NCBI GenBank assembly: GCA_945873305.1
Contig: CAMCCX010000002.1
Span: 10,797 to 74,796, forward strand
Reading direction: 5' to 3'
Source: Akkermansia muciniphila
GTDB taxonomy: Bacteria; Verrucomicrobiota; Verrucomicrobiia; Verrucomicrobiales; Akkermansiaceae
Length of the DNA: 64,000 nucleotides
Part shown: piece by piece, positions 38,103 through 48,457 of the stretch
Layout: each line of letters begins with the position of its first letter
How positions within the stretch are numbered: the stretch's first letter is position 1
The notes under the pieces: model-generated
Database searches by the model: none
Seen by the model: the letters and a program-made list of their open reading frames with translations, nothing else
Told to the model about the DNA's origin: nothing
Position numbers and translations under genes: made by a program

Positions 38103-38493
38103 TCGCTCCCAAGGCATCCTGCTCGACTCCAGCGTCATCATCGCCCATTTCCGGGGCAAATTGGACCTCTTCCAACTCATCTCCCCGGACGAACCGCTCT
38201 TCATGCCGCTGGTTGCCCTGGGTGAGCTTTTGAAAGGAGCCTTGAAATCGGCTGATCCCGCGAAACATCAAGCCAAGATCACCGCTCTTCTGAAAGTAGT
38301 CGCCGTTCTCAACCCGGACAGCGCGACTGCCGGACACTACGCCGCGGTCTCCGTGGCATTGGAAGCCAAAGGACAACCCGTCCCGGAGAATGACCTGTGG
38401 ATCGCCGCAGTCGCCCTCGAACTGGACATGCCACTCGCCACTCGCGATGCCCACTTCGACCGCATCGATGGCCTCGCTGTTATCCAGTGGTGA
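38095..38493 (+). CDS. vapC: VapC PIN-domain toxin
   Basis: ILLDSSVII, GEL..G, VPENDLWIAA, LATRDAHF. Confidence 0.9.
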   Translation: MADRSQGILLDSSVIIAHFRGKLDLFQLISPDEPLFMPLVALGELLKGALKSADPAKHQAKITALLKVVAVLNPDSATAGHYAAVSVALEAKGQPVPENDLWIAAVALELDMPLATRDAHFDRIDGLAVIQW

Positions 38494-38642
38494 ATGCCTG
38501 TGATCAGGCTTCATTGATATTTGGCGGATTCGGCCATCCGTCGCAGTAATCGGGGAGCCGTTGAAGAAAATTAAGGCTCGGGTGATGGGATTTTTGGTTC
38601 CGTTGAGGAAATGACAGGCTCCGGCGTGGAGGCGGCGGCTCT

Positions 38643-40910
38643 TCAACGAGGCTTGAGGATCATCACGGATTGATCCGCGAAGCCCTCCAGCCGGAGGTTT
38701 CCCGACTCGTCCACCCGCACGGTGACGCCGCCGGACTCGCCTTGATGGACGACCTGAATCCCGCGGGAACGCCAGTATTTCACCGTTTCCGGCTTCAATT
38801 GCTCGGAGACCGGGAAGGCCGAATGCGAGGCGACGATGGCCTGCGGGTTCACCGCGTCGAGGAACGCGTCGCCGAGGGAAACGACGCCGCGGTGGCGGCC
38901 CGCGATGATGACATCGGCCGAGACGTCCTTGCGGGCGTCGAGCAAGTCCGACTCGGTTAGCGCTCCGGCATCGCTGGTGAAGAGCAGTTTCCAACCGCGC
39001 CAGTGGAGGCGGAAAACCGCGACCCGGTCGTCGGCGGGGGCGTTCTGTGAGAATGGGTCGGGAGCGTGGAGAATTTCCAACCGCGCGCCGTCCGGCATGG
39101 CCAGGTCCCGGAGATCCGCGGCGTGGATCGTTTTGATTCCCGCGAGCGGCGCGTCCGTGGACCACGCGCGGAACGCCGGGCTGCGGGATTGCGCCACCGG
39201 CAAGAGCACCTGCCGGATCGGCAAAGTCCCCCAAACTTCCGCGCCGCCGCCGAGGTGGCCGCCATCCGGGTGGCTCAAAACCACCGCGTCCGGCATCACG
39301 CCGAGCCGCCGCAACGAAGGCCCGACCCGGCGCTTGAAACTGTAGCGGTCCGCGCAATCCATCAGCACCGCGCCGCTCTTGCCGCCGGAGAAACACGCCG
39401 CGCCCGCCCCGTGCTCCAGGTCGTAAACGAGCAGGAACGGACGGCTTTCCTGCGCCAGCTGGAAGTGCCCGCCGGGGATCGCGGAAAACCCCTCCGCCGT
39501 CAGGACGCAGGCTTTCGCCACCTGGCCGTTCGCCCGGTTCACCCACCGGGCGACCGGCGGGACCACCGGATAGAGCGCCGCCGCGAGCAGCGCGGCGCTG
39601 AGCAAGACGAAAACCAGCGGCACCAGAATCACCCCGGCGAAAACCGAAACCGGAGTCACCAGCCCGAAGTGAAACGCGGTGAGCGGCGTGGAGCCGATCC
39701 CCGCCACCAGCGAGACACCGAGCGACTGCGCGACGTTTCTGCGGAACCCGAGCCACGCCTTTTGCCGCCGCGTCATCATCGCCAGCGGCAGATAGAGCTC
39801 CGGCTTCGCGATCCACGAAAACAACCGCGTTCCCCACCCCGCGCCGACCGCGATCACCGCCACCACGCCGTAGGAAAGCTGCACGCCCGGCTGGAACAAC
39901 AGACGCCCGTCCCACAGCATCGCCACTAACAAAACCGCGCCCAGCGCGTTCAACAAATCCGGCCGCCTGCGGGACACGAAGGCCCCGAGGAACACCGCCG
40001 CCATCCACGCCGAGCGCATCGCCGGCGGGCTGTTTCCGGTGAGCCACGAGTAACCAAAAATCAGCGGCAGCAAGGCCAGCACCGCCCAGCGCCGGGGCAC
40101 TCCCGCCAGCCGCAGCAGCAGCCAGCCGATGCTGCCGACCATCGCCACGTGCAGCCCGCTCACGGAAAACGCGTGCAAAGTCCCGCTGTTGCGAAACGCC
40201 GCCACCAGCTCGTCCGCGTCCGGCGGTTGCTCGCCGATGACCACCGCGCGGATCACCACCGCTTCCTGCGAATCTTCCGCCAAGCCGTCCGTCACCGCCG
40301 CGCGGAAACCCCGCCGCAATGCGGATCCGCGCGCCGCCCATCCGGGAGTCACGATCTCGCCGCGCACCCGGCTGGCCTGAAAAACCGCCGCCACGCCCTG
40401 CCCCCGCAGCCACGCCGCCTGGTCGAACTCACCCGGATTCCGCCGCTCTGGCAGCGGCCCGAAATTCCCGCGCGCCCTCACCCGCGAGCCGGCGACCGGC
40501 AGCTCCCCCCGGCCCTCCCACCAGACCTTGGTTCCGGCTTGCGGACCCGTTAGCAGGACCGCCGGGGCCGACCAGAAATTCTCGCAGCCCCTGCCATCCT
40601 TGAGCAAGCGGCCCTGCATTTCCCCGCCGCCCGATTCCAACAGCTTGCGCTCGTCGGAATTCCTCGCCTCCGTCCGCCACGTGAAAACCCCGACCGCCAG
40701 CCAGCCGCAAAACAGCCAGGCCAAGCCCGTCCGCCAACTTTTCAAAACCACGCCCGCCAGACCCAGCGCCGCGCCCGCGACGAGACCCGCCGCAGGACTC
40801 CCCTCAGCTAACAAAACACATCCCGCGGCGACCACCGCCGCCGCGAACAGAGGATGCCGCCCGCAAAACACCCCCGCCCTGCCGCGGCCGCTGAGCTTGA
40901 TTTGGCGCAT
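38643..40910 (-). CDS. comEC: ComEC/Rec2 competence protein
   Basis: GTLHAFSVSGLHV, SPPAMRS, FQPGVQLSY, plus an MBL-like C-domain (LSHPDGGH, FTSDAG). Confidence 0.9.
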   Translation of the reverse strand: MRQIKLSGRGRAGVFCGRHPLFAAAVVAAGCVLLAEGSPAAGLVAGAALGLAGVVLKSWRTGLAWLFCGWLAVGVFTWRTEARNSDERKLLESGGGEMQGRLLKDGRGCENFWSAPAVLLTGPQAGTKVWWEGRGELPVAGSRVRARGNFGPLPERRNPGEFDQAAWLRGQGVAAVFQASRVRGEIVTPGWAARGSALRRGFRAAVTDGLAEDSQEAVVIRAVVIGEQPPDADELVAAFRNSGTLHAFSVSGLHVAMVGSIGWLLLRLAGVPRRWAVLALLPLIFGYSWLTGNSPPAMRSAWMAAVFLGAFVSRRRPDLLNALGAVLLVAMLWDGRLLFQPGVQLSYGVVAVIAVGAGWGTRLFSWIAKPELYLPLAMMTRRQKAWLGFRRNVAQSLGVSLVAGIGSTPLTAFHFGLVTPVSVFAGVILVPLVFVLLSAALLAAALYPVVPPVARWVNRANGQVAKACVLTAEGFSAIPGGHFQLAQESRPFLLVYDLEHGAGAACFSGGKSGAVLMDCADRYSFKRRVGPSLRRLGVMPDAVVLSHPDGGHLGGGAEVWGTLPIRQVLLPVAQSRSPAFRAWSTDAPLAGIKTIHAADLRDLAMPDGARLEILHAPDPFSQNAPADDRVAVFRLHWRGWKLLFTSDAGALTESDLLDARKDVSADVIIAGRHRGVVSLGDAFLDAVNPQAIVASHSAFPVSEQLKPETVKYWRSRGIQVVHQGESGGVTVRVDESGNLRLEGFADQSVMILKPR

Positions 40911-40956
40911 GGTGCTGGTTCCGTGGGGGGAGGGAAAACGCACCGTCCGCAGCCGA

Positions 40957-41694
40957 TCACATCTGTCCTATGTATTGCGCTTTCTGAGCCGCCAACGCCG
41001 CGGCTTCGTCGGCCACCGTCCATTCGTGCAGCTTGTGGCTCGCGTTCGCCGAGTGGCGTGTACCGGGAAATTGCTCGACCACTTGGTTCAAGATCGACAC
41101 GGCGGTCGCGCGGTCGCCCTCGACCTCGTCGTAAAGTTCCGCCAGCCGGAACAGGAAATAAGCCGCGTCGTTGAGTTCCCATTCCTGGCTCTCCAGCGCG
41201 TGGCGGATGGTCTGGATCGCCGCCGCCGCGTCGCCGAGGTTGGTTTTTTGAATTTTGGCGATTTCCACCCACGGCAGACGGTTGAGCGGATCCGCGGCGG
41301 CCGCCAGCTTGAAGGCCGCGATCGCGCCTTCGTAATCGCCCTGCGCCAGCAACGAGCGGGCGGCGTGCATGACGTCCTTCTCCACTTTTTCCCCGCTGTC
41401 GTAAACCGCGTGGGTGACCCGCTGGGCGAAGAACGGCAGCAGGTGGACCACCACGAAAATCCCCACGAAGCCGGCGCTCAAAAACGTGAGCAGGATGCCG
41501 TTGAAAATTTTCCCTCCATCCATTGACTGGAGGTCGGCTTTCATTTTCGCAACCTTGCCCTCCGGGTCGCCGGCGTCTTGCTGCACTTCGATCTGTTGTG
41601 CGAGGTCCGTCATTTCCCGGCCCGTCTTGGAATACATCATCCAACTTCCGGCCACGAGGACCGCGAGCACCCCATACATGATCCATTTCGTCAT
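40957..41694 (-). CDS. Two-TM membrane protein with C-terminal TPR-like region
   Basis: Two hydrophobic helices, then ARSLLAQGDYEGAI...FRLAELY...VVEQFPGT. Confidence 0.7.
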   Translation of the reverse strand: MTKWIMYGVLAVLVAGSWMMYSKTGREMTDLAQQIEVQQDAGDPEGKVAKMKADLQSMDGGKIFNGILLTFLSAGFVGIFVVVHLLPFFAQRVTHAVYDSGEKVEKDVMHAARSLLAQGDYEGAIAAFKLAAAADPLNRLPWVEIAKIQKTNLGDAAAAIQTIRHALESQEWELNDAAYFLFRLAELYDEVEGDRATAVSILNQVVEQFPGTRHSANASHKLHEWTVADEAAALAAQKAQYIGQM

Positions 41695-41747
41695 TCCCGA
41701 GATTGACCCATCGCGGCGGGGCTCTGGAAGCAAAATTCTAATGAATC

Positions 41748-42110
41748 TTACAGCCGCCGGGCGTTGCGACCCTCGTCGATCAATTTCCAGAAATGCTTCG
41801 AACTCGCCAGCGCCTCGTCCTCGGCGAGCGGCAGCTTCGAGCGGAACATGAAATCCGAAAACGTCCCCTTGTGCAGCACCCGGTGGACGATCACCGCGCT
41901 CTCCTTCACCTCGAAATAAAAGCGGTAATCCTTCGCCCGGAAGCGATACAAGACCACTCCGTCCCGGTCGATCTTGCCGAAGCGCTCGCCGCTCAGGTTG
42001 GTCAAATCCTCCTTGCCGACCTTGAATTCCTCCAACAGTTCGAGCTGTTCGAGAGTGCCGAGGGCGGAAAGCTCGGCGGCGCTGATTTCGTTGAAGACAA
42101 TTTGAAACAC
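41748..42110 (-). CDS. RelE/ParE-like toxin-fold protein, no adjacent antitoxin
   Basis: GTG start; FQIVF...LYRFRAKDYRFYFEV...VHRVLH pattern. Confidence 0.65.
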   Translation of the reverse strand: MFQIVFNEISAAELSALGTLEQLELLEEFKVGKEDLTNLSGERFGKIDRDGVVLYRFRAKDYRFYFEVKESAVIVHRVLHKGTFSDFMFRSKLPLAEDEALASSKHFWKLIDEGRNARRL

Positions 42111-42157
42111 CCGGCAAAGTTAACGACCCGCGGCCGCTTTGCCAGCGCCAATAATGT

Positions 42158-42213
42158 GTGTTCTGGCTGTCTCAGCCGGAATCTTGCACTCCCGACTGAG
42201 ACAGTCGGGACAC
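42158..42213. repeat. REP-like double-hairpin element, copy 3
   Basis: GTGTTCTGGCTGTCTCAGCCGG (42158-42179) and CCGACTGAGACAGTCGGGACAC (42192-42213); between divergent genes. Confidence 0.8.
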
Positions 42214-42249
42214 CTTGCTTAAGCTGCTCCGGACTCCTAAGATCCCCCC

Positions 42250-44331
42250 GTGGCCGCTGGGAATGACGCAGGACGATGGCAGACGGACGGGAAATTTTTC
42301 CGCGCCGGGAGCCAGCGCGTGCGGATGAACGCGGTCACTTACGGCCCGTTTCCCGGCGGCTGGCCGAGGTCGTTCGCGGCGGATTTCTCGCAAATGGCGG
42401 CGGCGGGATTCAACGCGATCCGGCTTTATGAAATGCCGGACGCACGCCTGCTGGACGCCGCGGCGGAGCACGGCTTGAAGGTTTTCGGCGGACTCGAGTG
42501 GGGCCAGAGCGCGGATTTTTTCCAGCAACCCGGGCTCTACTCGGCGGCGGCGGTCTCGCTGGTCAACGGCTTGCGGGACACCGCCGACCATCCGGCGCTG
42601 GCGGGCGTTTATGTGGGAAATGAAGTTCCCGCCGACCTCGCGCGCTGGATGGATCCGCTTAAGGTCCGGCGCGCCCTCGAAGAACTCATCACCCTCGGCA
42701 AGGAACTCGCGCCCGGCCTGTTATTCGCCTACGCGAACTACCCGAGCACCGAGTATCTGGAGCCGGAAAACGCCGATTTCACCGCCTTTAACATCTATCT
42801 GGAAAACGAGCCCGCGTTCCGCGGCTACCTCAAGCGGCTGCACCACATCGCGGGCGACCGGCCGCTGGTGATCTCGGAGTTCGGCATCGATTCGCGGCGC
42901 AACGGCTTGGAACGGCAGGCGGAAATCCTTCGCTGGGCCAGCCAGGCCGCGCTCGATTTGGAGACCGCCGGCATGACCATTTACGCGTGGAGCGACCGCT
43001 GGTGGGTCGGCACCGAAGTGCTGGACTGGGATTTCGGACTCACCGACCGGCACGGCAACGCGAAGCCCGCGCTCCAAAGGCTCTCTCTCAAATCTCCAAT
43101 CCCCAATCTCCCCCCCCCCTATTTCAGCGTCATCGTCTGCACGCGAAACGGCCGCGACCGCATCGGCGCCTGCCTCAAGGCGATCCGGAAAATGGACGGC
43201 GGCGGCTTCGAGACGATCGTCGTGGATGACGGATCGACCGACGGCAGCGCCGATTTCGTGGAGAAAAATTTCCCGTGGACCAGGCTCGTGCGGCTGGAAC
43301 CCTGCGGCTTGAGCAATGCCCGCAACATCGGCGCGGCCGCCGCGCAAGGCCAGGTGTTGGTGTTCACCGACGACGATTGCGAGCCGGACCGGGAATGGAT
43401 CGCGCGGCTGCGGCGGACGTTTCAGGAAGGCATTTTCGCCGCCGCGGGCGGACCGAATTTACCGCCGAAACCGCGGACCTGGGAGGAAGCGGTCGTCGGC
43501 GCCGCACCCGGCGCGCCCAGCCACGTGATGCTCGACGACGAGGAGGCCGAGCACCTGCCGGGCTGCAATTTGGCAGTCACGAAGGCCGCGTTCGACGCCG
43601 TCGGCGGCTTCGATCCGCAATTCCAAACCGCGGGCGACGACGTGGATTTCTGTTGGCGGCTGCGGGACGCCGGGTTCCGCCTCGGATTCGTCCCCGGCGC
43701 CTTCGTCTGGCATTGGAGGCGGCCGTCGATCTCGAAATTCCTCGGCCAGCAACTCGGCTACGGCCGCGCCGAGCACTTGTTGTTAGCCAAGCACCCCGCC
43801 CGCTTCTCCAAGCGCGGCGACGCGCGATGGCAGGGCTTCGTTTACGGCGGCGGACCGGTCCGGGTGATGGCGGACTCCATCATCTATCACGGCCCGATGG
43901 GCGACGCCGGCTATCAGGCGATCACCAACCGGATGCTGCCGCTGCGCGGACTTGGGAAAAATTTCGACACCTGGAAATCCCGACTCGCGCTCCGAGCCGT
44001 GAAATTCCTCCAACCCCGAATCCGCGCCTGGGCGCGAAACCGGACGATTTTCCTCCGCCCGGAATCTCCCCGCAAACCCGGGATTCCTGGCCCGTCCGAC
44101 GAATTCGCCATCGACTCCGCCGAGGGCAAGGAGCGCGACTATTTCCTCGGAATCCTGCTCCACCAAGGCTGGAAGGCCGCGGGCGAAACGGACGCTTGGG
44201 ACGTGGAAAAACCCGGCACCCGCGTGCTCATGGCCACCGAGCGCGGCCGCGGCATCGTCAAACGCACGCTCGTCCGCGTCTGGGGCTTGGAAACCCCATC
44301 ATCCTTGCGGGCGATATTGGAGGCGGGATGA
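42250..44331 (+). CDS. GH-A (GH2-like) TIM barrel fused to GT2 glycosyltransferase
   Basis: VGNEVP and ISEFG catalytic-type motifs; VVDDGSTDG, FTDDDC, LPGCNL, AGDDVDFCWR. Confidence 0.8.
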   Translation: MAAGNDAGRWQTDGKFFRAGSQRVRMNAVTYGPFPGGWPRSFAADFSQMAAAGFNAIRLYEMPDARLLDAAAEHGLKVFGGLEWGQSADFFQQPGLYSAAAVSLVNGLRDTADHPALAGVYVGNEVPADLARWMDPLKVRRALEELITLGKELAPGLLFAYANYPSTEYLEPENADFTAFNIYLENEPAFRGYLKRLHHIAGDRPLVISEFGIDSRRNGLERQAEILRWASQAALDLETAGMTIYAWSDRWWVGTEVLDWDFGLTDRHGNAKPALQRLSLKSPIPNLPPPYFSVIVCTRNGRDRIGACLKAIRKMDGGGFETIVVDDGSTDGSADFVEKNFPWTRLVRLEPCGLSNARNIGAAAAQGQVLVFTDDDCEPDREWIARLRRTFQEGIFAAAGGPNLPPKPRTWEEAVVGAAPGAPSHVMLDDEEAEHLPGCNLAVTKAAFDAVGGFDPQFQTAGDDVDFCWRLRDAGFRLGFVPGAFVWHWRRPSISKFLGQQLGYGRAEHLLLAKHPARFSKRGDARWQGFVYGGGPVRVMADSIIYHGPMGDAGYQAITNRMLPLRGLGKNFDTWKSRLALRAVKFLQPRIRAWARNRTIFLRPESPRKPGIPGPSDEFAIDSAEGKERDYFLGILLHQGWKAAGETDAWDVEKPGTRVLMATERGRGIVKRTLVRVWGLETPSSLRAILEAG

Positions 44332-44423
44332 AGTTTTCTGATAATTCCCCGAGCGGTCTCCCGTAGCGCGTTTTTGAGTTTCCCGACTCGTCCAAAAATC
44401 AGCTCCCACCGGAACCTTCATTC

Positions 44424-47400
44424 ATGAAATTCTCTCTCGCCCGCGCCACTTTCTTGGGCCTTGCCTTGTCCGTCGTCCCTCTCAGCGCGGAGCCTAACTG
44501 GATTTGGACCCGGAAAGTGGCCAAAGACGGCGAGAAAGCGACCTTCACTAAATCCTTCAGCATCAGTGGAAAAGTCAGATCCGCGAAACTCAGTTTTACC
44601 TGCGACAACGGGGCCACCGCTTTCATCAACGGCAAGCAGGTCGCCGAAAACGCCGACTGGAACCAGCCGACCCAGGCAAAACTCAACGACTTCCTCAAAC
44701 CCGGCGAAAACGAGATCCGCATCGACGCCAAAAACGGAGGATCCGTCGCCGGCCTCGTCGCCGTCATCACCCTCAAAATCGGCGGCGGCGGTGAGGAAAC
44801 CCTCATCGAGACCGGCCCCGACTGGCTCGCCTCCGAAACAGGCAGCACCGAATCCAAGCCCGCCGTCGTCGTCGGGAAATACGGCGATGGCCCGTGGGGA
44901 AAAGCCCTCATTCCCAAGACCGATGACGCCGACTCCCTCCCGGACACCACTCAAATCCAAGTCCTCCCCGGCTTCAAGGCCGAGCGCATTCACAGCGTCC
45001 CCAAGGACAAAGAAGGCTCCTGGGTCGCCCTCACCGAGGATCCGAAAGGCCGCCTCCTCGCCGGCGACCAATACGGCGGACTCTATCGCATCACGGTTCC
45101 CGCCATCGGTTCCGATGCCGAGGCCAAAGTCGAGTCGCTCACCCTGCCAACAGGTCCTAACGGCCAAATCATCGGCGGCGCGCACGGCCTGCTCTACGCC
45201 TTCGACAGCCTCTATCTGATGAACAACGAGCTCCAGGGCAAAGGCATCTGGCGCTTGAAGGACACCAACGGCGACGACCAGTTCGACAAGGCCGACTACC
45301 TCGTCCCCCTCGACGGCGGCGGCGAACACGGCGTCCACAGCCTCGTGCTTTCCCCCGACGGAAAATCCATTTTCTTCGTCAACGGCAACTACACCGAGGT
45401 CCCGAAAAACCTCGCCACCAACCGCATGGTCGGCACCGGCGAGGACCACCTCATCCCCCGCATGTGGGATCCTAACGGCCACGCCAAAGGCATCCTCGCC
45501 CCCGGCGGATATATTTGCAAAACCGACCCGGACGGCAAAAACATCGAGCTCTTTGCCGGCGGCTTTCGGAATCAATATGACATCTCCTTCGATGCGAACG
45601 GCGAGCTCTTCGCCTTCGACTCCGACATGGAGTGGGATATGGGGAGTCCCTGGTACATGCCCACCCGCATCAACCACGTCGTCAACGGCGGCGACTATGG
45701 CTGGCGCTCCGGCTCCGGCCGCTGGCCCGCTTATTATGCCGATTCCCTGCCCGCCACCGTCGATGTAGGCCCCGGCTCGCCCACCGGATCCATCTTCGGT
45801 ACCGGCGCGAAATTCCCGGTGAAATACCAGCGCGCCCTCTTCGCCCTCGACTGGACCTTCGGCACGATGTGGGCGATCCATAACGAGCCGGACGGAGCCA
45901 GTTTCAAATCCGTCAAAGAGGAATTCGTCGCCGGCAAGCCCATGCCTTTCACCGACGCCATCATCAGCAAAAAAGACGGTGCCATGTATTTCACCACCGG
46001 CGGCCGCAGAAGCCAGGCCGCGCTCTATCGAGTGACTTACACCGGCCGCGAAGCCACCACTCCGGCCGCCCCCATTCCACCCACCGCCGAGGCAAAACTC
46101 CGCCATTTGCTAGAAAGCGACACGCCGCAAGCGCTTGCCCAAGCCTGGTCGAATCTTTCCAGCAAAGACCGCTTCCTGCGCTTCGCCGCCCGCACCGCCA
46201 TCGAGCGCCAGCCCGTGGAAAAATGGACGGAAATGGCCCTCGCCGAGACCGATCCCCAAGGCTCCATCGAGGCGCTCATGGCCCTCGCCCGCCGCGGTGA
46301 CAAATCGCTCCAACCCAAAATCATCGTCGCCCTCGGCCGCCTCGATTTCACCCACCTCCCCAAAGACCTCCACCTCCCCTACCTCCGCGCCTGGCAGCTC
46401 GCCTTCACCCGCATGGGCAAGCCCGCCGCGGAAATCTGCGGGAAAATCGCCGCGCGCCTCGATCCGCTTTTCCCGAACTCCGACTCCCTCGTCAACCGCG
46501 AGCTCGCCTCGCTGCTCGTCTTCCTCGACTCCCCCACCATCGTCGGCAAGCTCGTCCCGCTTCTCGCCACCGTCCGGGATTCCGACATCAACGTCGCCAG
46601 CGAAGCCGTGCTCGCCCGCAACGACCGCTACTCGAAAGCCGTCGAAGGCATGCACGGCAGCCACCCGAACCGCCAGGCGATCTTCTACGCCAACGTCCTC
46701 CGCGAAGCCCGCGCCGGCTGGACGCCGGAGCTCCGCAAAGCCTTTTTCAGCTGGTTCCCCACCACCGCCTCCTGGAACGGCGGCAACAGCTTCCGCAAAT
46801 TCCTTGAGAACATCCGCGACCTCGCCCTCGCCAACTGCGTCACCGACGAAGCCGAGCGCGCCGCCCTCAAAACCCTCGCCGAGACCGTCATTCCCACCGA
46901 AGTCACACCTGTGATTTCCCCCAAAGGCCCCGGGAAAAACTACACCACCGACGAGATCGTCGCCCTCGCGGAGAAGGGCCTGAAAAACCGCAACTTCGAG
47001 AACGGCAAAGCCATGTTCTCCGCCGTGCTCTGCATCAACTGCCACCACTTCGGCAGCCGGGGCGGCAACACCGGCCCCGACCTAACCGGCTCCGGCAACC
47101 GCTACACCATCCGCGACCTCACCGAGAACATCACCGAGCCGTCCAAGGTCATCAGCGACCAATATCCCAGCGAGGTCATCACCCTGAAAAACGGCCAGAC
47201 CGTCACCGGCCGCGTCGTCGTCGAGGAAAACAACACGCTCTTCGTCATGACCAGCGCCTTCGCCCCCAACGCCCTAACCACCGTCGCCGACGCCGACATC
47301 ACCGACCGCAAGCCGCACCCCGTCTCGATGATGCCGCCCGGCCTGCTCAACGCGCTCAACCCGGACGAGCTGCTCGACCTCTACGCCTACATCCTCTCCG

Positions 47401-47429
47401 GCGGAAATCCGAACGACCCGCGGTTCTAA
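44424..47429 (+). CDS. PVC-type secreted heme-binding protein (propeller + HEAT repeats + CxxCH)
   Basis: Signal peptide, GFRNQYD, HEAT-like helices, CINCH, GPDLTG, SMMPPGL. Confidence 0.85.
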   Translation: MKFSLARATFLGLALSVVPLSAEPNWIWTRKVAKDGEKATFTKSFSISGKVRSAKLSFTCDNGATAFINGKQVAENADWNQPTQAKLNDFLKPGENEIRIDAKNGGSVAGLVAVITLKIGGGGEETLIETGPDWLASETGSTESKPAVVVGKYGDGPWGKALIPKTDDADSLPDTTQIQVLPGFKAERIHSVPKDKEGSWVALTEDPKGRLLAGDQYGGLYRITVPAIGSDAEAKVESLTLPTGPNGQIIGGAHGLLYAFDSLYLMNNELQGKGIWRLKDTNGDDQFDKADYLVPLDGGGEHGVHSLVLSPDGKSIFFVNGNYTEVPKNLATNRMVGTGEDHLIPRMWDPNGHAKGILAPGGYICKTDPDGKNIELFAGGFRNQYDISFDANGELFAFDSDMEWDMGSPWYMPTRINHVVNGGDYGWRSGSGRWPAYYADSLPATVDVGPGSPTGSIFGTGAKFPVKYQRALFALDWTFGTMWAIHNEPDGASFKSVKEEFVAGKPMPFTDAIISKKDGAMYFTTGGRRSQAALYRVTYTGREATTPAAPIPPTAEAKLRHLLESDTPQALAQAWSNLSSKDRFLRFAARTAIERQPVEKWTEMALAETDPQGSIEALMALARRGDKSLQPKIIVALGRLDFTHLPKDLHLPYLRAWQLAFTRMGKPAAEICGKIAARLDPLFPNSDSLVNRELASLLVFLDSPTIVGKLVPLLATVRDSDINVASEAVLARNDRYSKAVEGMHGSHPNRQAIFYANVLREARAGWTPELRKAFFSWFPTTASWNGGNSFRKFLENIRDLALANCVTDEAERAALKTLAETVIPTEVTPVISPKGPGKNYTTDEIVALAEKGLKNRNFENGKAMFSAVLCINCHHFGSRGGNTGPDLTGSGNRYTIRDLTENITEPSKVISDQYPSEVITLKNGQTVTGRVVVEENNTLFVMTSAFAPNALTTVADADITDRKPHPVSMMPPGLLNALNPDELLDLYAYILSGGNPNDPRF

Positions 47430-47467
47430 CCCTTGCGGCGCGGAACCTTGCCAACTAAGGATTGGCA

Positions 47468-48439
47468 ATGCCGCTGCTGACGAAAGATTTCGACTACCAC
47501 CTGCCCGAGGAATTGATCGCCGCGCGGCCGCTCGCCGAGCGCGCCGCCTCGCGGATGCTGGTCGTCCACAAGGCCAGCGGCGAGATCGAGCACCGGATGT
47601 TCCGCGATTTCCCCGACTACCTGCGGCCGGATGATTTGCTCGTCCTCAACGACACCAAAGTCATCCCCGCGCGGCTCTTCTCGGACGACGGCCGCACCGA
47701 GTTGCTCTGCCTCGACCGGCTTTCCCCGCTCGAATGGCGCTGCCTCGTGAAACCCGGCAAACGCATGAAACCCGGCCGCAGCGTGAGCGTCGCCGGCATC
47801 ACCGGAACCGTGACGGAAGTCTTCGAAAACGGCGACCGCCTGATCCGCTGGGACGCGCCGGTGGATTTGGAAAAGCACGGCCACCTCGCCCTGCCGCACT
47901 ACATGGGCCGCGATGACGAGTTAGCCGACCGCGACCGCTATCAGACCGTGTTCGCCCGCGAGGAAGGGGCCATCGCCGCGCCCACCGCCGGACTGCATTT
48001 CACGCCGGAGCTGTTGGAAAAAATTTCCCACGCCTTCCTCACGCTGCACGTCGGCGTCGGCACCTTCCGCCCGGTCAGCGCGGAGGTCGTCGCGGATCAC
48101 ATCATGCATTCCGAGCGCTACGTCGTCAGCGCGGAGACCGCGGAAAGAGTCAACGCCGCCGGCCGCGTCGTCGCCGTGGGCACAACCGTGACGCGGGTTC
48201 TGGAATCCATCGGCCGCCCGGTCCGCGAGCAGCGCGGCGAGACGGACATCTTCATCCACCCGCCCTATCAATTCGGCGTGGTCGGCGGTTTGCTGACGAA
48301 TTTCCACCTGCCGCAAAGCACGCTCATCATGCTGGTGAGCGCCTTCGCCGGGCAGGAACTGGTGATGGAGGCCTATCGCAAAGCCGTCGAGGAACGTTAC
48401 CGGTTTTTCAGCTACGGGGATTGCATGTTGCTGGTGTGA
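47468..48439 (+). CDS. queA: S-adenosylmethionine:tRNA ribosyltransferase-isomerase
   Basis: FDYHLPEELIA, NDTKVIPARL, AAPTAGLHFT, TNFHLPQSTL, RFFSYGD. Confidence 0.97.
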   Translation: MPLLTKDFDYHLPEELIAARPLAERAASRMLVVHKASGEIEHRMFRDFPDYLRPDDLLVLNDTKVIPARLFSDDGRTELLCLDRLSPLEWRCLVKPGKRMKPGRSVSVAGITGTVTEVFENGDRLIRWDAPVDLEKHGHLALPHYMGRDDELADRDRYQTVFAREEGAIAAPTAGLHFTPELLEKISHAFLTLHVGVGTFRPVSAEVVADHIMHSERYVVSAETAERVNAAGRVVAVGTTVTRVLESIGRPVREQRGETDIFIHPPYQFGVVGGLLTNFHLPQSTLIMLVSAFAGQELVMEAYRKAVEERYRFFSYGDCMLLV

Positions 48440-48457
48440 GGTGAAAACTCCGCGCCG

